Below, in pieces: positions 14,601 to 26,449 of a DNA stretch of 64,000 bases (the first letter of the stretch is position 1; the number at the start of each line of letters is the position of its first letter). Origin of the DNA: Rhina ancylostomus (taxonomy: Eukaryota); the NCBI GenBank assembly GCA_030265395.1, contig JARFYF010000017.1:34528229-34592228 (forward strand). The letters are read 5' to 3'. The translations under genes were made by a program, and so were the position numbers. The notes under the pieces are model-generated. The model was not told the origin of the DNA. It saw only the letters and a list, made by a program, of their open reading frames with translations, and searched no databases.

Positions 14601-14811
14601 GTGAATACTTCAAGAATCAATTGATCTCCTTGTTGTTGGAGAAGGCTGCATGCTCAGACCACAGGGTGACCTAAGTCTTGCCAGCAGTGAGGAGACATAT
14701 GCCTCTTTTCTCTTGTTGAATGATTTCACTAAAGAGATAAGTAGCTAAACAATTAAATAAGCAAATCCACAATCAAATAGCATAGAGGGATCATTCATGT
14801 TCATCTCTATT

Positions 14812-14928
14812 GGAACAATGGCTAGAAAGCTTAGCGTAATGCTTTAGAGAGCCAGAGACCCGGGTTCAATTCTGGCTACTGTCTGCAAGGAGTTTGTACG
14901 TTCTCCCCGTGTCTGCGTGGGTTTCCTC
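14812..14928 (+). mobile_element. tRNA-derived V-SINE 5' part (runs into N gap)
   Basis: ttagcgtaatgct...gacccgggttcaattctggctactgtctgcaaggagtttgtacgttctccccgtgtctgcgtgggtttcctc: B-box-like head plus V-domain. Confidence 0.85.
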
Positions 14929-15299
14929 NNNNNNNNNNNNNNNNNNNNNNNNNNNNNNNNNNNNNNNNNNNNNNNNNNNNNNNNNNNNNNNNNNNNNNNN
15001 NNNNNNNNNNNNNNNNNNNNNNNNNNNNNNNNNNNNNNNNNNNNNNNNNNNNNNNNNNNNNNNNNNNNNNNNNNNNNNNNNNNNNNNNNNNNNNNNNNNN
15101 NNNNNNNNNNNNNNNNNNNNNNNNNNNNNNNNAGAAACCTGGAAATGGTGTCATGTGCCATTTTATCCAAGGGCAACAAAGCACCAACTGCAATGCTAAT
15201 GCTTCACTGGCCCACTTTCAAGAACAAAAGAGATAAAATAAGTAATTAAGACAAGAAAATGAAAAGTTAAAAGTATTGAGTTTCAGAGTCCGGAATGTG

Positions 15300-16575
15300 C
15301 CCTGTTAATCTGGTCTGCTTTTGTGGCAATTTTGGATGGGTCAATCCAAGGCGAGAACTGAAGGACGATGAACAGGCCCTTCTGTAAGCAATAACCCTGT
15401 CCTTTAATGGTGATGTGCCAGGTGAACTAAAGGTCAACTGCTCACAGAAATAACCGGTCAAATAACAATCAATTGAGTTAAGATGCAAATGCACTGAGCA
15501 CTCTCGAGTCCCTACTGACCATCCAGTTACCTTTGGCAACCACTTGGCAAACCAAACACTTACCCGGCCAGTGGACCAACCTTAGGGACAAAGAGTTTTG
15601 TAAACAAATGTAGTTATAGGGTTAGCAATCATTGATCAAAACTGATCCAGGTGTACCATCAAAATAAATACGAATTCAGCATGAACAGAGGTTAAGACTA
15701 TGATCCCTAGGACTAAATTCAAGGTAGCTGTAGTGAAAGGCCCCAAAAACTCTCCCTCACGCTCCATGAAAATCTGTTATGACTGTAAAAAGTCAGCCCA
15801 CCATGCAGGACTATTGCTGTGCTTTCTGTAATCTAAATTCTGTTCACTCTTTCATCACCAAATCAACCAAACCTACACCAACAAAAAACTGTCAGTTGTC
15901 CCCATCCTTCGAGAGTCCCATATTCAATAGTCAATGGTGGGATTAGACCTACTGCTCACAGGCGTCATTGGTCCCATGATGGGGAGCATCAACTTGTATG
16001 GGCTGATGTTTCTGAAGTACCCTCATGCAGAAGGGGACTGAAATCATTGTTGTCCATGATTCTAACCCCCCTCCACATGAAACTATTCCATTGAATTTGA
16101 CATATATTCATAAGAATGGTGTGCTCAAAAAGGCCTGATCCCTCTGTTACTGAACATCAGCATTAAAATCAAAGTTAATGAACGATTGTTTAATATGACG
16201 TACAACATAAAGGACATGCTAGGTAGTGGTGTATTAGTCATGCACAATGTTGTTATTGACTTGACCAATATTTGTACCCAGTGGCAGCACCAGGTCTACT
16301 GAGGACTACTGAGTCTGTTTCTGGTGGATACATAGTACTTACTATTAAGAATGCCGAACTGTTAGAACAATATACATCTGAAAATCTAAGATTCCAGCTA
16401 CGTGTGAATGTCTGTTCTATGTTTGCTAAATCTAAACATGATTGTGAGGCTATGAAAGGATAGAAGAGTACTAATGGATCACTTCACTCTACAATTAAAC
16501 ATACAACATAGCAAGAGGGAGTCCATGCACAAGTTACGTGGTCCACACCACAACAGCAAGGTAATGTTTACAGAA
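15300..16575 (+). pseudogene. Degraded retroviral-like gag-protease-RT-start remnant (copy 1)
   Basis: CCHC knuckle CYDCKKSAH/MQDYC with one frameshift (15775-15817); decayed protease active-site-like segment near 15930-15957; retropepsin C-terminal-like DMLGSGVLVMHNVVIDL near 16210-16265; MFAKSKHDC...(KQ)YNIARE...QQG pol entry motifs at 16420-16565. Confidence 0.65.
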
Positions 16576-16867
16576 ACACCTTTACTATTAATTCACTGAC
16601 CGGACATTACAGCAAATGCAAATACTGAATCTTTGCTGAGCCATTACAAAGGGCAGTTAAGAGTCAACCATATCACTGTTTTGTTTGGAGTCACAATGAG
16701 ATTTTCTTCTCTTAAGGTCTTTAATTAAAAAGTTTTGTTTTCTATGATAACTCAGGAACACCTATGAACTAAAATTCTATCTTGTTTCATTGAATTAACA
16801 AATTCCTATGGTGTCATTCGAGCTTGTGTCTCCAGGGTCCATGCCTCTAGTCCACTTGTCCAATGAT

Positions 16868-16974
16868 AAACAGTTTATTTGTTCATTATCTTGCTGTGCG
16901 TAGGATCAAGCTGTCACTTGTCCAGTGACAGCTTGATCCTACGCACAGCAAGGTAATGAACAAATAAACTGTTT
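16868..16974. repeat. Near-perfect inverted repeat (51-bp arms, 5-nt loop)
   Basis: 16868-16918 is the reverse complement of 16924-16974 at 50/51 positions; loop tgtcc. Confidence 0.97.
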
Positions 16975-16989
16975 TTACGTGGTTGATTG

Positions 16990-17230
16990 AGAGTCATAGA
17001 GCAGAACAACACAGAAACAGGCCCAATCAGCTCACCAGATCCATGCCAACCTTTTCTCCCATCCACACTATGCCTTGCCTATTTAAATGTTTGCCTAAAT
17101 GCCTCCCAAGCATCGTCATTGTATCCAATATCAACCACCCTCTGTATGGGAAAAACATACTACTCATGTCCCCTTTAAAATTCTTTCCTCTCATCTTAAG
17201 CCTATGCCCTCTTGTTTTTGATATTCCAGA
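16990..17230 (-). mobile_element. CR1 LINE 3' end fragment
   Basis: gagtcatagagcagaacaacacagaaacaggccc...ccatgccaacc...cccctttaaaattctttcctctcatcttaagcctatgccctcttg is the reverse of the CR1 3' end seen at 28040-28325. Confidence 0.75.
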
Positions 17231-17694
17231 TATTGATATTAATCAGGAAATTTGGAGGTGACTCCTTTGCCCTTCCTCAAAGCCTTTGACTCAGAAACAA
17301 GCACCTTATCAAATGAGCCACAACTGTCACTGATGGTCATGATAGCTCTCTCCAAGATCAAGATTGTCCAATAACTGCTGCTGCCTGCCCTCTTTAGAGC
17401 CGTTGCCCGATCACTGATCACACCCCGCCACTCCACCCCCCAACCAAACCCTGGTCCCATTATCTGTGTCACCTGAATGCTGAAGCCTAGCCCAAACCAC
17501 CACCCCTCCCCCCACCTCCAGATTTCTCCCACAAACCTTGGGATAATGTGGAGTCACCCACCTCGTGCTGTCTGATGTTGGCAGATCACTGTTTCTCAGA
17601 TCTCTGCTAGAGGTTCCTGAATCACAGCTTATAATCTCAGCTGATAGAGGTGGATTCCTCCTGTAGGAACAAGAAATATCTTACTCGGCCATTA

Positions 17695-18215
17695 TCAAAG
17701 TCAAAGTCATGTTTACTGTCATATGCACAAGTGCATGTATGCACAGGTGCAATGAAAAACTTACCTACAGCAACATCACAGCATCATATAAGTAGCATTC
17801 ACAAGAAAAACATGAATTAAATATAAATTATGCATAATCTTTTCAAGAAAAAAAACACAATTAGAACAAAAAAAAAGTCCATTTCAGTGCAAAATGGTCA
17901 GTGCGGTCTTAGTGTTGCTAAACTGTAGCGATTAGGGTTTTGCCGGTTGGTTCAAGAACTGAATGGTTGAAGGGAAGTAGCCGTTCTAGAATCTGATGGT
18001 GTGGGACTTTGGGCTTCTGTACCTCCTGCCCGATGCAAAAAGATGGCGTGGCCCGGATAGTGGGGCTCTTTGATGATGGATGTTGCAGCGCCTCCTGTAG
18101 ATACTGATGGTGGGGAGGGATATGTCGGTGATGGGCTGAGTCCACTACTCTCTGCAGATTCTTACGTTCCTGTGCACTCGAATTGCCGCACCAGACCACA
18201 ATGCAACCAGTCAGT
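17695..18215 (-). mobile_element. Rex1/Babar LINE 3' end
   Basis: Minus translation VWCGNSSAQERKNLQRVVDSA (Rex1 RT C-terminal W-x-G-N motif); the 3' UTR mirrors the copy at 24120-24460. Confidence 0.85.
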
Positions 18216-18440
18216 TCTTAACGTACTTCAGAAACTCTTCCCCACTCTTTGCCCTTTGCTATTTCCATCCCAACCTATAATTGGATAATTAAAGTCCCCT
18301 ATTAACACAACTCTGAATTTTGCATATCTTTGCAAGTTCCTTGGAAGTTTGCTTTTGAATACCCTCCTCACTAGTTAGTGGGTTATAGAAAATCCCAGTA
18401 TTATAGTCACTCCTTTATTGTTTCTTAACTTTAAACACAA

Positions 18441-19224
18441 AGACATGGTAGGGAGATCCACTCCCTACCGAAGTCGAGGACTACTGCGTTCCAATCAGGT
18501 GACCCTAACCTTTGCAAGAAATCGAGATACGACCTCCGTAAAGCTTTCAGAGATGTCAAGAGACAATACTGGGAGTCCCAGACCAGCTGTCAGTTGCAGC
18601 AGGGCTTACAGGCTATAACGGGCGACAAAATGAAGTCAGGCAGCATAGTCAACAACAGTGCATCACTTCCTAATGAGCTTAACGCATTCTATGCACGTTT
18701 TGAACAGAAAGAGATTGGTTTGTCACCACCCACCCTGACAGCCTCCAATGCAACTGAACCCGTGATCACCGCCAAGGACATAAGATCAGTGTTCTGGAGA
18801 GAGAACCCAAGGAAAGCATCTGGCCCGGATGGTGTCCCTGCTCATGTCCTCAGATATTGTGCTGATCAGCTGGCAGGGGCATTTTCAGACATATTGAACC
18901 TCTCCCTGCTTCAGTCTGAGGTTCCCACCTGTTTTAAGAAGACCACTATCATCCTGGTACCTAAGAAGAACAAGGTAATGTGCCTTAATGATTACCGACA
19001 GGTGGCTCTGACATCCACCATCATGAAGTGCTTCGAGAGGATGGTCATGACACACATTAACTCCAGCCTCCCAGACAACTTGGACCCACTGCAATTCGCC
19101 TACCACCAAAACAGTTCTACAGTGGATGTCATCTCCCTGGCCCTACACTCATCTCTGGAGCATCTAGACAGTAAAGACACCTACATTAGGCTATTGTTTA
19201 TTGACTACAGCTCCACCTTCAATA
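18441..19224 (+). mobile_element. Rex1/Babar LINE reverse transcriptase fragment (open to the N gap)
   Basis: ORF 18594+: NELNAFYARFE...NPRKASGPDGVPAHVLRYCADQLAG...VPTCFKKTTIILVPKK...LNDYRQVALTSTIMKCFER...DPLQFAY...LLFIDYSSTFN. Confidence 0.93.
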
Positions 19225-19324
19225 NNNNNNNNNNNNNNNNNNNNNNNNNNNNNNNNNNNNNNNNNNNNNNNNNNNNNNNNNNNNNNNNNNNNNNNNNNNN
19301 NNNNNNNNNNNNNNNNNNNNNNNN

Positions 19325-19580
19325 AAGTAGCTGTTCTTAAACTTGGTGGTGTGGGACTTCAGGCGGCTGTACCTGATGGTAGCTGTAAAAAGATGGCTTG
19401 GCCTGGATGGTGGGGATCTTTGATGATGGATTTTGCCTTCTTGAGGCAGCACCTCCTGTTGATACTACCAATGGTGGGGAGGGATGTGCCCGTGATATAT
19501 TAGGCAGCTTCTTATGTTCATGTGCATTCAAATTGCCATACCAGACCATGATGCAATCAGTCAGGATACTTTCAACAGTA
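19325..19580 (-). mobile_element. Rex1/Babar LINE 3' fragment
   Basis: Minus translation TVESILTDCIMVWYGNLNAHEHKKL and IIKDPHHPG...RYSRLKSHTTKFKNSY. Confidence 0.85.
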
Positions 19581-19839
19581 AAGATGCTGGTGCCCTTTCC
19601 TTGTTTCCTTTCATTATTATCAATCAACAGTGAGAGAGAGCAGGTGTTTGATCTTGGAGGGAGGGGAGAACACATTAATAGTTGCTCCTCCTCACCCTTG
19701 TTCACTCGGTGTTGAGGAGGGTGCATTGAATCACAATTCATTCTCCCACTGTCCTCACCTCTACCCAATCCTTCACCAGCCCAAGTATGGAGAGCTTAAC
19801 TGTAGTAAGTACAGTCAGAACATCGCCATGATGAGCTAA

Positions 19840-20650
19840 CAGCCCAAATATGCAACTGAATCCAGGTCCGACCTGGACTTTGTGCTTCAGTTTTCTTCCC
19901 ATTTCTGAATCTGTTAATGATAACACTTAGCTGCTCCTTCTCAATATTCATAGGAGAAAAAACAAGGTATTCTATTATCCTCTTGCCAAAGGATTGCCAG
20001 GTAATCAGTGGGACAGGGTTAAGCTCAGGGATGGGCTGCTGCCATAGGAACATCTGATAAGATAGTCAATGCATACTGAATAGTCCAAGTATGCGACTGC
20101 TGATGAACGTCTCTTCTTATGTATTTGCTAAATCGAAACATGATTATGAGGGAATGAAAAGATGGAATAGTATTAATGGGTCACTTCATTCTAAGATTAA
20201 ACATATTGTGGGGCAGCACAATGGTGCAGTTGGCAGAGCTGGTGTCTTGCAGCTCTAGCAACCCAGGGTCAATTCTGACCTCTGGTGCTGTTTGGGTGGA
20301 GACTGCATGTTCTCCCTGTGACCGCATGGATTTTCTCTGGGTGTTCTGGTCCCCTTCCACATCCCAGTGAAGTACAGATTGGTAGGTTAATTGGCCATTG
20401 TAAATTTCCCCTAGTATGTTAGTAAGTGGCAGAATCTGGAGGGAGTTGATAACAACGTGGAAAGATTTAAAAATATGCGATTCATGTAGGATTAGTGTAA
20501 ATGGTCGGCACAGATTGGGTGGGCCGAAGGGCCTATTTATATGCTATATCTCTTTATGATTCTATACAACATACCAAGAGAGAGTCATCTTTACATGTTA
20601 GCAATGTTATCTACCCTGCTGGAGCAAAACAATTTTCACAAAACCAGTGT
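19840..20650 (+). pseudogene. Degraded retroviral-like protease-RT-start remnant (copy 2), interrupted by a SINE
   Basis: gtatttgctaaatcgaaacatgattatgag (VFAKSKHDYE, 20121-20150) and the following ~55 nt align with 16420-16500. After the SINE the match resumes (tacaacataccaagagagagt, YNIPRES). A decayed SGSDL-like protease segment lies near 19858-19882. Confidence 0.6.
20210..20565 (+). mobile_element. Full-length V-SINE
   Basis: ggggcagcacaatggtgcag...cagggtcaattctgacc head, V-domain gcatgttctccctgtgaccgcatgg, CR1-like tail gggccgaagggcct...tctttatgattc. Confidence 0.9.
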
Positions 20651-20989
20651 TGAGGTATTTGTTTTCTGTTTTGAAATTTACTAATGAATCTGCTTCCATT
20701 ACCCTTTCAGGCAGTACATTCCAGGTTATAATGCAATGTGTACAATTATTTCTCTTTCATGCTGCAGTTCTTTTGCTAATTACCTTAAGCCTTTGTCATC
20801 TAATTACTCACCCTTCTGCCTATGAAAACAACTTCTCCTTTATTTACTTGAACAAAACCCATCATAATTTTGAACATCTTTGCCAATCTCCTGCTAACTT
20901 TTTCTGCTCTAAGAATACAGATAACTCTCATAAATGCTGCAAGATCTGAGTAACAGACAAGCCAGATAATTCATGTGTTGGTGCATTCT

Positions 20990-22100
20990 TTCTTCTCTAG
21001 CATCTAGATTTATGTTCTGCTCAATGAGATGAGATGGAACAATCTGACTTGTGCCTAATAGTCCAATCCCTCCTGAGGACTGTCATACAGAACTGAGAAC
21101 AAATCCAGAGTTGCTGACCAATCCTTTATGGGTCACTGATTTCGGCAATGGGAATATCAACATTGGAACAATACTGGAAGACTTTTTCTGGCAGTGCTTG
21201 AGATGGTACTAGATGCAAACTTATCCAGTGTTCAAGATTCTCATTTTAAACACAAGTATTTGTTACATCCTCAAAAAATTCTTCCTCCTTTGTGGAGCTC
21301 TCACCATGGCTGCTCCTAAGGGAATTAGGACTTCCTTCTCAACCCAGGTTAAGTTTCTGTACTTTTAAAGTATTGCTTGGGTAAAAATTAGTTGATTTTG
21401 TTCTGTAAAGATATGGGAATTGTGAACTGAGTTAGATTGGGATCTCAAGGATACCCAATTGCTACTGCAGTATTAGGATGGGACTGTACATGATCCAGTT
21501 CCAACACATCTTGAAAAAGTCATTGGTCTCAGTACTTCAAATTAATGAAATAAATCAGTTCCCAGTAGTGAGTACTAATCTATGACCCCTTGCTTGAAAG
21601 TTGAATGGATTTGGATATTGACTGAGAACGTGATTGGATCTGGTTGCAGTGCCCTTTGTCCTTTGGATTTAGGTTGCCACTGCTTCCTGTTTAGGCTCTA
21701 ACTGACGTTTAGCTTCTTGCATGAGACATAGGAAGATTGTTTAGGGTCTTGCAACTATCTTGTCAGCATTCAACTCTTTCAGGAAAGGTGTGTTGAGATA
21801 TTTTCAAAGGGCACCTCATATTAACGGAACCTTAGGATTTAGATTCTCCTGCTAAATTGAATTTTGCCGAGTTAAGTTGCTGAAAGGATATTTGACTTAG
21901 TGATTAAATCCTGTTGAATGATGTGTTCTTCATATCCAAACCTCAGTCTGTTCTTACCTTTTTCTCCTGAATATAAATCTCAATGTAATCTCCAACATCA
22001 AATCTGCTAACAGATAAAGAAAATCAAAGTACAGGGGGCCCTGGGTTTTGTGAGGGATCCATTCCTGAGAACTATCTGTAAACTCAATTTTCCACTATCC
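20990..22100 (-). pseudogene. Degraded gag-protease-like remnant (copy 3)
   Basis: Minus strand gives ILNTG (decayed DTG, 21224-21238) followed by frameshifted ASSTIS, and downstream GLLGT...HLIEQNINLD, resembling the retropepsin C-terminal motif. The upstream region has a degraded-ORF character. Confidence 0.4.
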
Positions 22101-22544
22101 GGAAACAAACAATTTCCCCCAAAATACTGATGTGAAATCTTTTGCCTCGACAGCCATTAGAGACTGATTTGCAAAGAGTAGATATAAGAAGGTCAGTGGA
22201 GGTGATAAGAGTTGTTACCAGCAAGTGAACTGTGACAAATGTTTGTCTGGCTGCAGCCTGGGTAGAGTGATGGAGGGAGCTGATCTGCTAACCAGCAAGA
22301 AAGAAAACTACTGGCAGTTTAATAAAAGAAAGTGTGCATGAACGAGAGGTGGCTTGGGGTTCGTAATGTTTGATCCTACTTGACAGAGACCTTGGAGAAA
22401 GCATTGTTTTTTTTCTATGGGTCGACTCTGCATTGTTTCTTGGTGAAGAAATTCGAGTACTATACCTGAGAGCGGGGTCTGAGTTTGCATCAAGTTAGAT
22501 TTCCATACATCAGATCTTCTGTAATCTGGGACCCCCTGTACTTG

Positions 22545-22700
22545 ACTTGCTGGAAAACTGAAATTAAAAACAAAAAGTGCTGGAAACACTCAGCTGGTCA
22601 GGCAGCACCTATGGATTCCTTTGTTTTTTTTTCCCCACAGATGCTGCCTGACTTGCTGAGAGTTTCCGGCAGTTTCTGTTTTTAATTTCTGGTTACAGAT
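22545..22700. mobile_element. Non-autonomous element with inverted Penelope-type termini
   Basis: aaattaaaaacaaaaagtgctggaaacactcagctggtcaggcagcacct pairs imperfectly with agatgctgcctgacttgctgagagtttccggcagtttctgtttttaattt. Confidence 0.65.
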
Positions 22701-23229
22701 ANNNNNNNNNNNNNNNNNNNNNNNNNNNNNNNNNNNNNNNNNNNNNNNNNNNNNNNNNNNNNNNNNNNNNNNNNNNNNNNNNNNNNNNNNNNNNNNNNNN
22801 NCCAGCATTTTCTGTTTTTAATTTCTGCTTACAGATACTTAATTTATGCACTCAGCCATACAGTGTTAATTCAGGTGATATGGATGGCCATGACAAACCC
22901 TAACATCCAATTCTTACCAGTGCTTTATTTCACAAACAAGCACAACAGCCAGAATATATGGGAAACCACAGGAGAAAACATGCTCCTCTTTCAAGTTTAT
23001 GTTTCTAGAGCCATAAACTCAAGTTGCCCTTTTTCAGAACCCCATTTCAAAGATTGCTGCCTTTCTGAAACCCAAAGAAACCAACACCATACTGATGCTG
23101 ATTAACCTGAAAGCAGCTTTACTGGAAGCCCATTATATGACCACCACCTGGTACACAACACTCCATTGCTCCCCCCATTTCCAGTCTCCTTCCACCAAGA
23201 ATAAAACTTCACAACAGGACCCTGGAAAA

Positions 23230-23975
23230 CATAGATCACTTTCCATTTTCATGAGCTCTCTCTCAGAAAAGGCAGGTATCAGAGACAAAATTCACCATAG
23301 TCTCCAGTGCACCATCACTACCTTTGCACATCTGAGGAAAAGTGTGTTCAAAGGTCAAGACCTTAAACCCAGCGCTAAGCTCAAAGTCTACACAACAACA
23401 GTGATCGCCTCACTTGCTTACACTCCTGAGACATGGAGTACTTATAGGAGGCATCTCAAAGCACCGAAGTTGGCTTGCAAAATCCTCCAAATCCATTAGC
23501 AGGAAAAGGGAGCCAGCATCAGTGTCATTGCCAAGACTAACATCAAATCTCTAACTACAGCAGGTCATATTGTGTGCATGCCCCACAATGGACTCCCAAA
23601 GCACGTGCTCTACTTCAAGCTCTGTCAGGGCTAGACATTACCAAGTGGATAGAGAAAACATTTCAAGGACGGTCTCAAAGTCTCCTTGAAAAAACGTGAC
23701 ATTCTCACCTCTGCGTGAAATTCCCTGACCTGTGACTGCTCAAGCTCCAGGAAGGCACTGAGGACCCAGAGTCTGCTCATCAAGTCCATGTTGCAGTCCA
23801 GCAAAAAACCGGCAGAAGGAGCACTCCACCTTTGACATCCACCTGCTCTGCCATGCACCTCCTGTCCAGCTTTGGAAGTACTGCTGGTCTCACATTGGTT
23901 CCTCAGTTCCCTCAGAACCCACACAGCTGAAGTGGAAGCAGGTCATCCTTGACCGCAAGGATCTACCTAAAAAGA
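23230..23975 (+). mobile_element. RTE-clade LINE 3' fragment
   Basis: KIHHSLQCTITTFAHLRKSVFKGQDLKPSAKLKVYTTTVIASLAYTPETWSTYRRHLKA, then GHIVCMP..GLPK and RKHFKDGLK motifs typical of the RTE RT C-terminus. Confidence 0.85.
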
Positions 23976-24119
23976 CAATTATGTGTCACTAGAACTTAAA
24001 GAATTATCATAATAAAACTACAGACATATACAAAGCTGCAAAACCTGTAAATTATTCCAAAAAAACAAAAATAATATACTGATAAACACTACTTACTAAA
24101 TATAGCTTTAGTTATACCA

Positions 24120-24460
24120 TTGAGCAGGAGCTACAGAAGCTTGAAGTGCCACACCATCAGGTTCAAGAACAGCTATTTCCCTTCAATAATTTGGTTCTTG
24201 AATCAACCGGCACAACCCTAATCACTGCAGTTTAGCAACACTCCTGACCACTTTTATCACTTTGCATTAAAATAGACTTTATTTTATTCTAATTGAGTTC
24301 TTTCTTGTAAAAATTGTGTATAATTTATGTATAATTTATGTTTTCCTAATGAATGCTGCTTGTATGATGCTATATGACTGTGATGCTGTTACAAGTAAGT
24401 TTTTCATTGCACCTGTGCATACACGTACTTGTGCATATGACAATAAACTCAACTTTGACA
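24120..24460 (+). mobile_element. Rex1/Babar LINE 3' end
   Basis: aggagctacagaagcttgaagtgccacaccatcaggttcaagaacagctatttcc...gcatatgacaataaactcaactttgac, the reverse-complement paralogue of 17695-18030. Confidence 0.85.
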
Positions 24461-26449
24461 TAGTTCAAAATATGAGTTGAAGGTACTATATGCTAGAGTT
24501 ATCTCATGAATGGACCAACAGAAATAGTCATTTGCTTTGGTTAAGTAATATTTTCAGCTGGATTCTGTAGGCTATTTCCAGTTGTTTTGATCAGAACCAC
24601 AGACATTGAGGTGCTGAAACTGCACTCAGTCCTAGACATCTGCATATACACTAAAAAACGGAAGTTCCATACTGACTGACCAATTCAGAGGGCATAATCT
24701 ATCAGCTCACTACCCTGCTGATCAGTCCTATACAGGATCTGAGACCCCATAGATTTCAATCGGGTTTCTAGGGCAAAGGGGAAGGCATGTTGTGTTTTAA
24801 AAATTACTCAGCTTTAATGTTTTTAATTATTTGTGTGGTTTAAGGTGTTTTTAGTTAACTTTATTTTCTGAAAAAACATTTTAAGTTATTCAGTTTAACA
24901 GATTTTAAATGTATTTTGTTGTCAGAAATATTTTAACATTCATAAGTCATTTACAGCCTTAAAGTACTACCCACAGTACATTTACAGAAAAGTACTACCC
25001 ACAGTTTTGCAAATGTAAGGGCTGTTTCAGGGGAAAAGCCCTTTAAGCTTTGGGATACAGAGGGCCAAAGGGATAGGCCCTTCTTTTCTGCCCCAGGCAA
25101 GTGCAAGAATGGAAGGACTGCAATGGTGATTTCCAGCCTAGGCAAACTGAGCTAGCACCTACTTCAGATCTTCGTTTGAGCAAAAATATATTTTGCAAAA
25201 GACTTCATATACTGACAGGCCTACTGTGTATTTCCAACAATTTCTAGTCTTATTTTAGACTTTCATCATTTTCAGCTTTTCTTTCATATCCAACATATAT
25301 CCTTAGTTAATTCACTGATATAAAAGGTGCTTCTCTGTGGATGATCAAAAACTCTGTGTTCACTGTAGTCAGACGAGCAATCTAGCTGTTGCAGTAGATA
25401 CAGGTCATCCCATTACAAGTGTGTTCAAAAAGGGTCTGCATTTAAATTCACAGAGTTGGTTCTTCTATGGACATTTAAAGGGCAATAAAGCTATAATATT
25501 GTTGATATATGAGGGAACTGGAGTTTTACAATCCCACATCACCTTGTTGATTTTAAGCAATGAATTATAAATAACATGAAATATTTTTGGAATGTACTGT
25601 ATAAAAATGTAGTACCTTGTACAAAAGTAAAACACAACATAGCTAGAAATCTTAAAAAAAATCATTCAGATGAAAGGTTGTCAACTTGAAGCATTAATTC
25701 TATAAACATTTGAAATACTGCCTGATCTGATCACTTCCTGGATTTTCTGCCTTTACTTCTGCTGTCCTTTTTTGCCTCTGAAAGAAATATATCCACCCAC
25801 ACAGGTAAACCTAAATGAGAATTCTAATTGATTAAGCATGAGGTTTATTCTAAAATCTATTGTTGCAGGCATAAGAATATTTTTTAATTTTGTTCTTCAG
25901 TATAGTATTTTTAAAGTTATAAACTCATTAACCAAATATACACCACTTTTTCATTTTAATTAGATAATTTGTCTGAGCTTTTATTAAACATGATCTTAAG
26001 TATATGGATAAAAGTTAAAGTGGAGAAATTTTGATAATATTACACTATAGTCAATTCTATTTTCTTTACTTGATCGAGCACTAGTCATGTTTTCACCTTG
26101 AAACCCCCAGAAAATCATTCGCTTTCCCTAGAAAAGACAGAAAGCTTCTTTCTAATAATTTCATATCTGAAATTGAAAATCCATGCTAATTGCAAATTTA
26201 ATCAATATGGCATGAAGTAATCTGCAACTAATCTAAAAATTGAATTTTGTTAAAAAATTAATGATAGTTATAATAACTTCAATAAATACTTGATACCGTT
26301 GAACTTCCATTTATATGATGCAAATTGTTATGAATGAAAACATTTAGATAAGTGGTATTTTACTGCATTCCACAGGTTTCATTTTTCTCTATTTATTTAG
26401 CTGTAAACAGGGAATTATCTGCAATGACTTTTCTTCCTGCTCTTGCCCC

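Noticed and set aside
14812-14880. tRNA-like A/B-box sequences (also at 20210, 50562, 53134)
   Set aside because: They are SINE heads with no complete cloverleaf.
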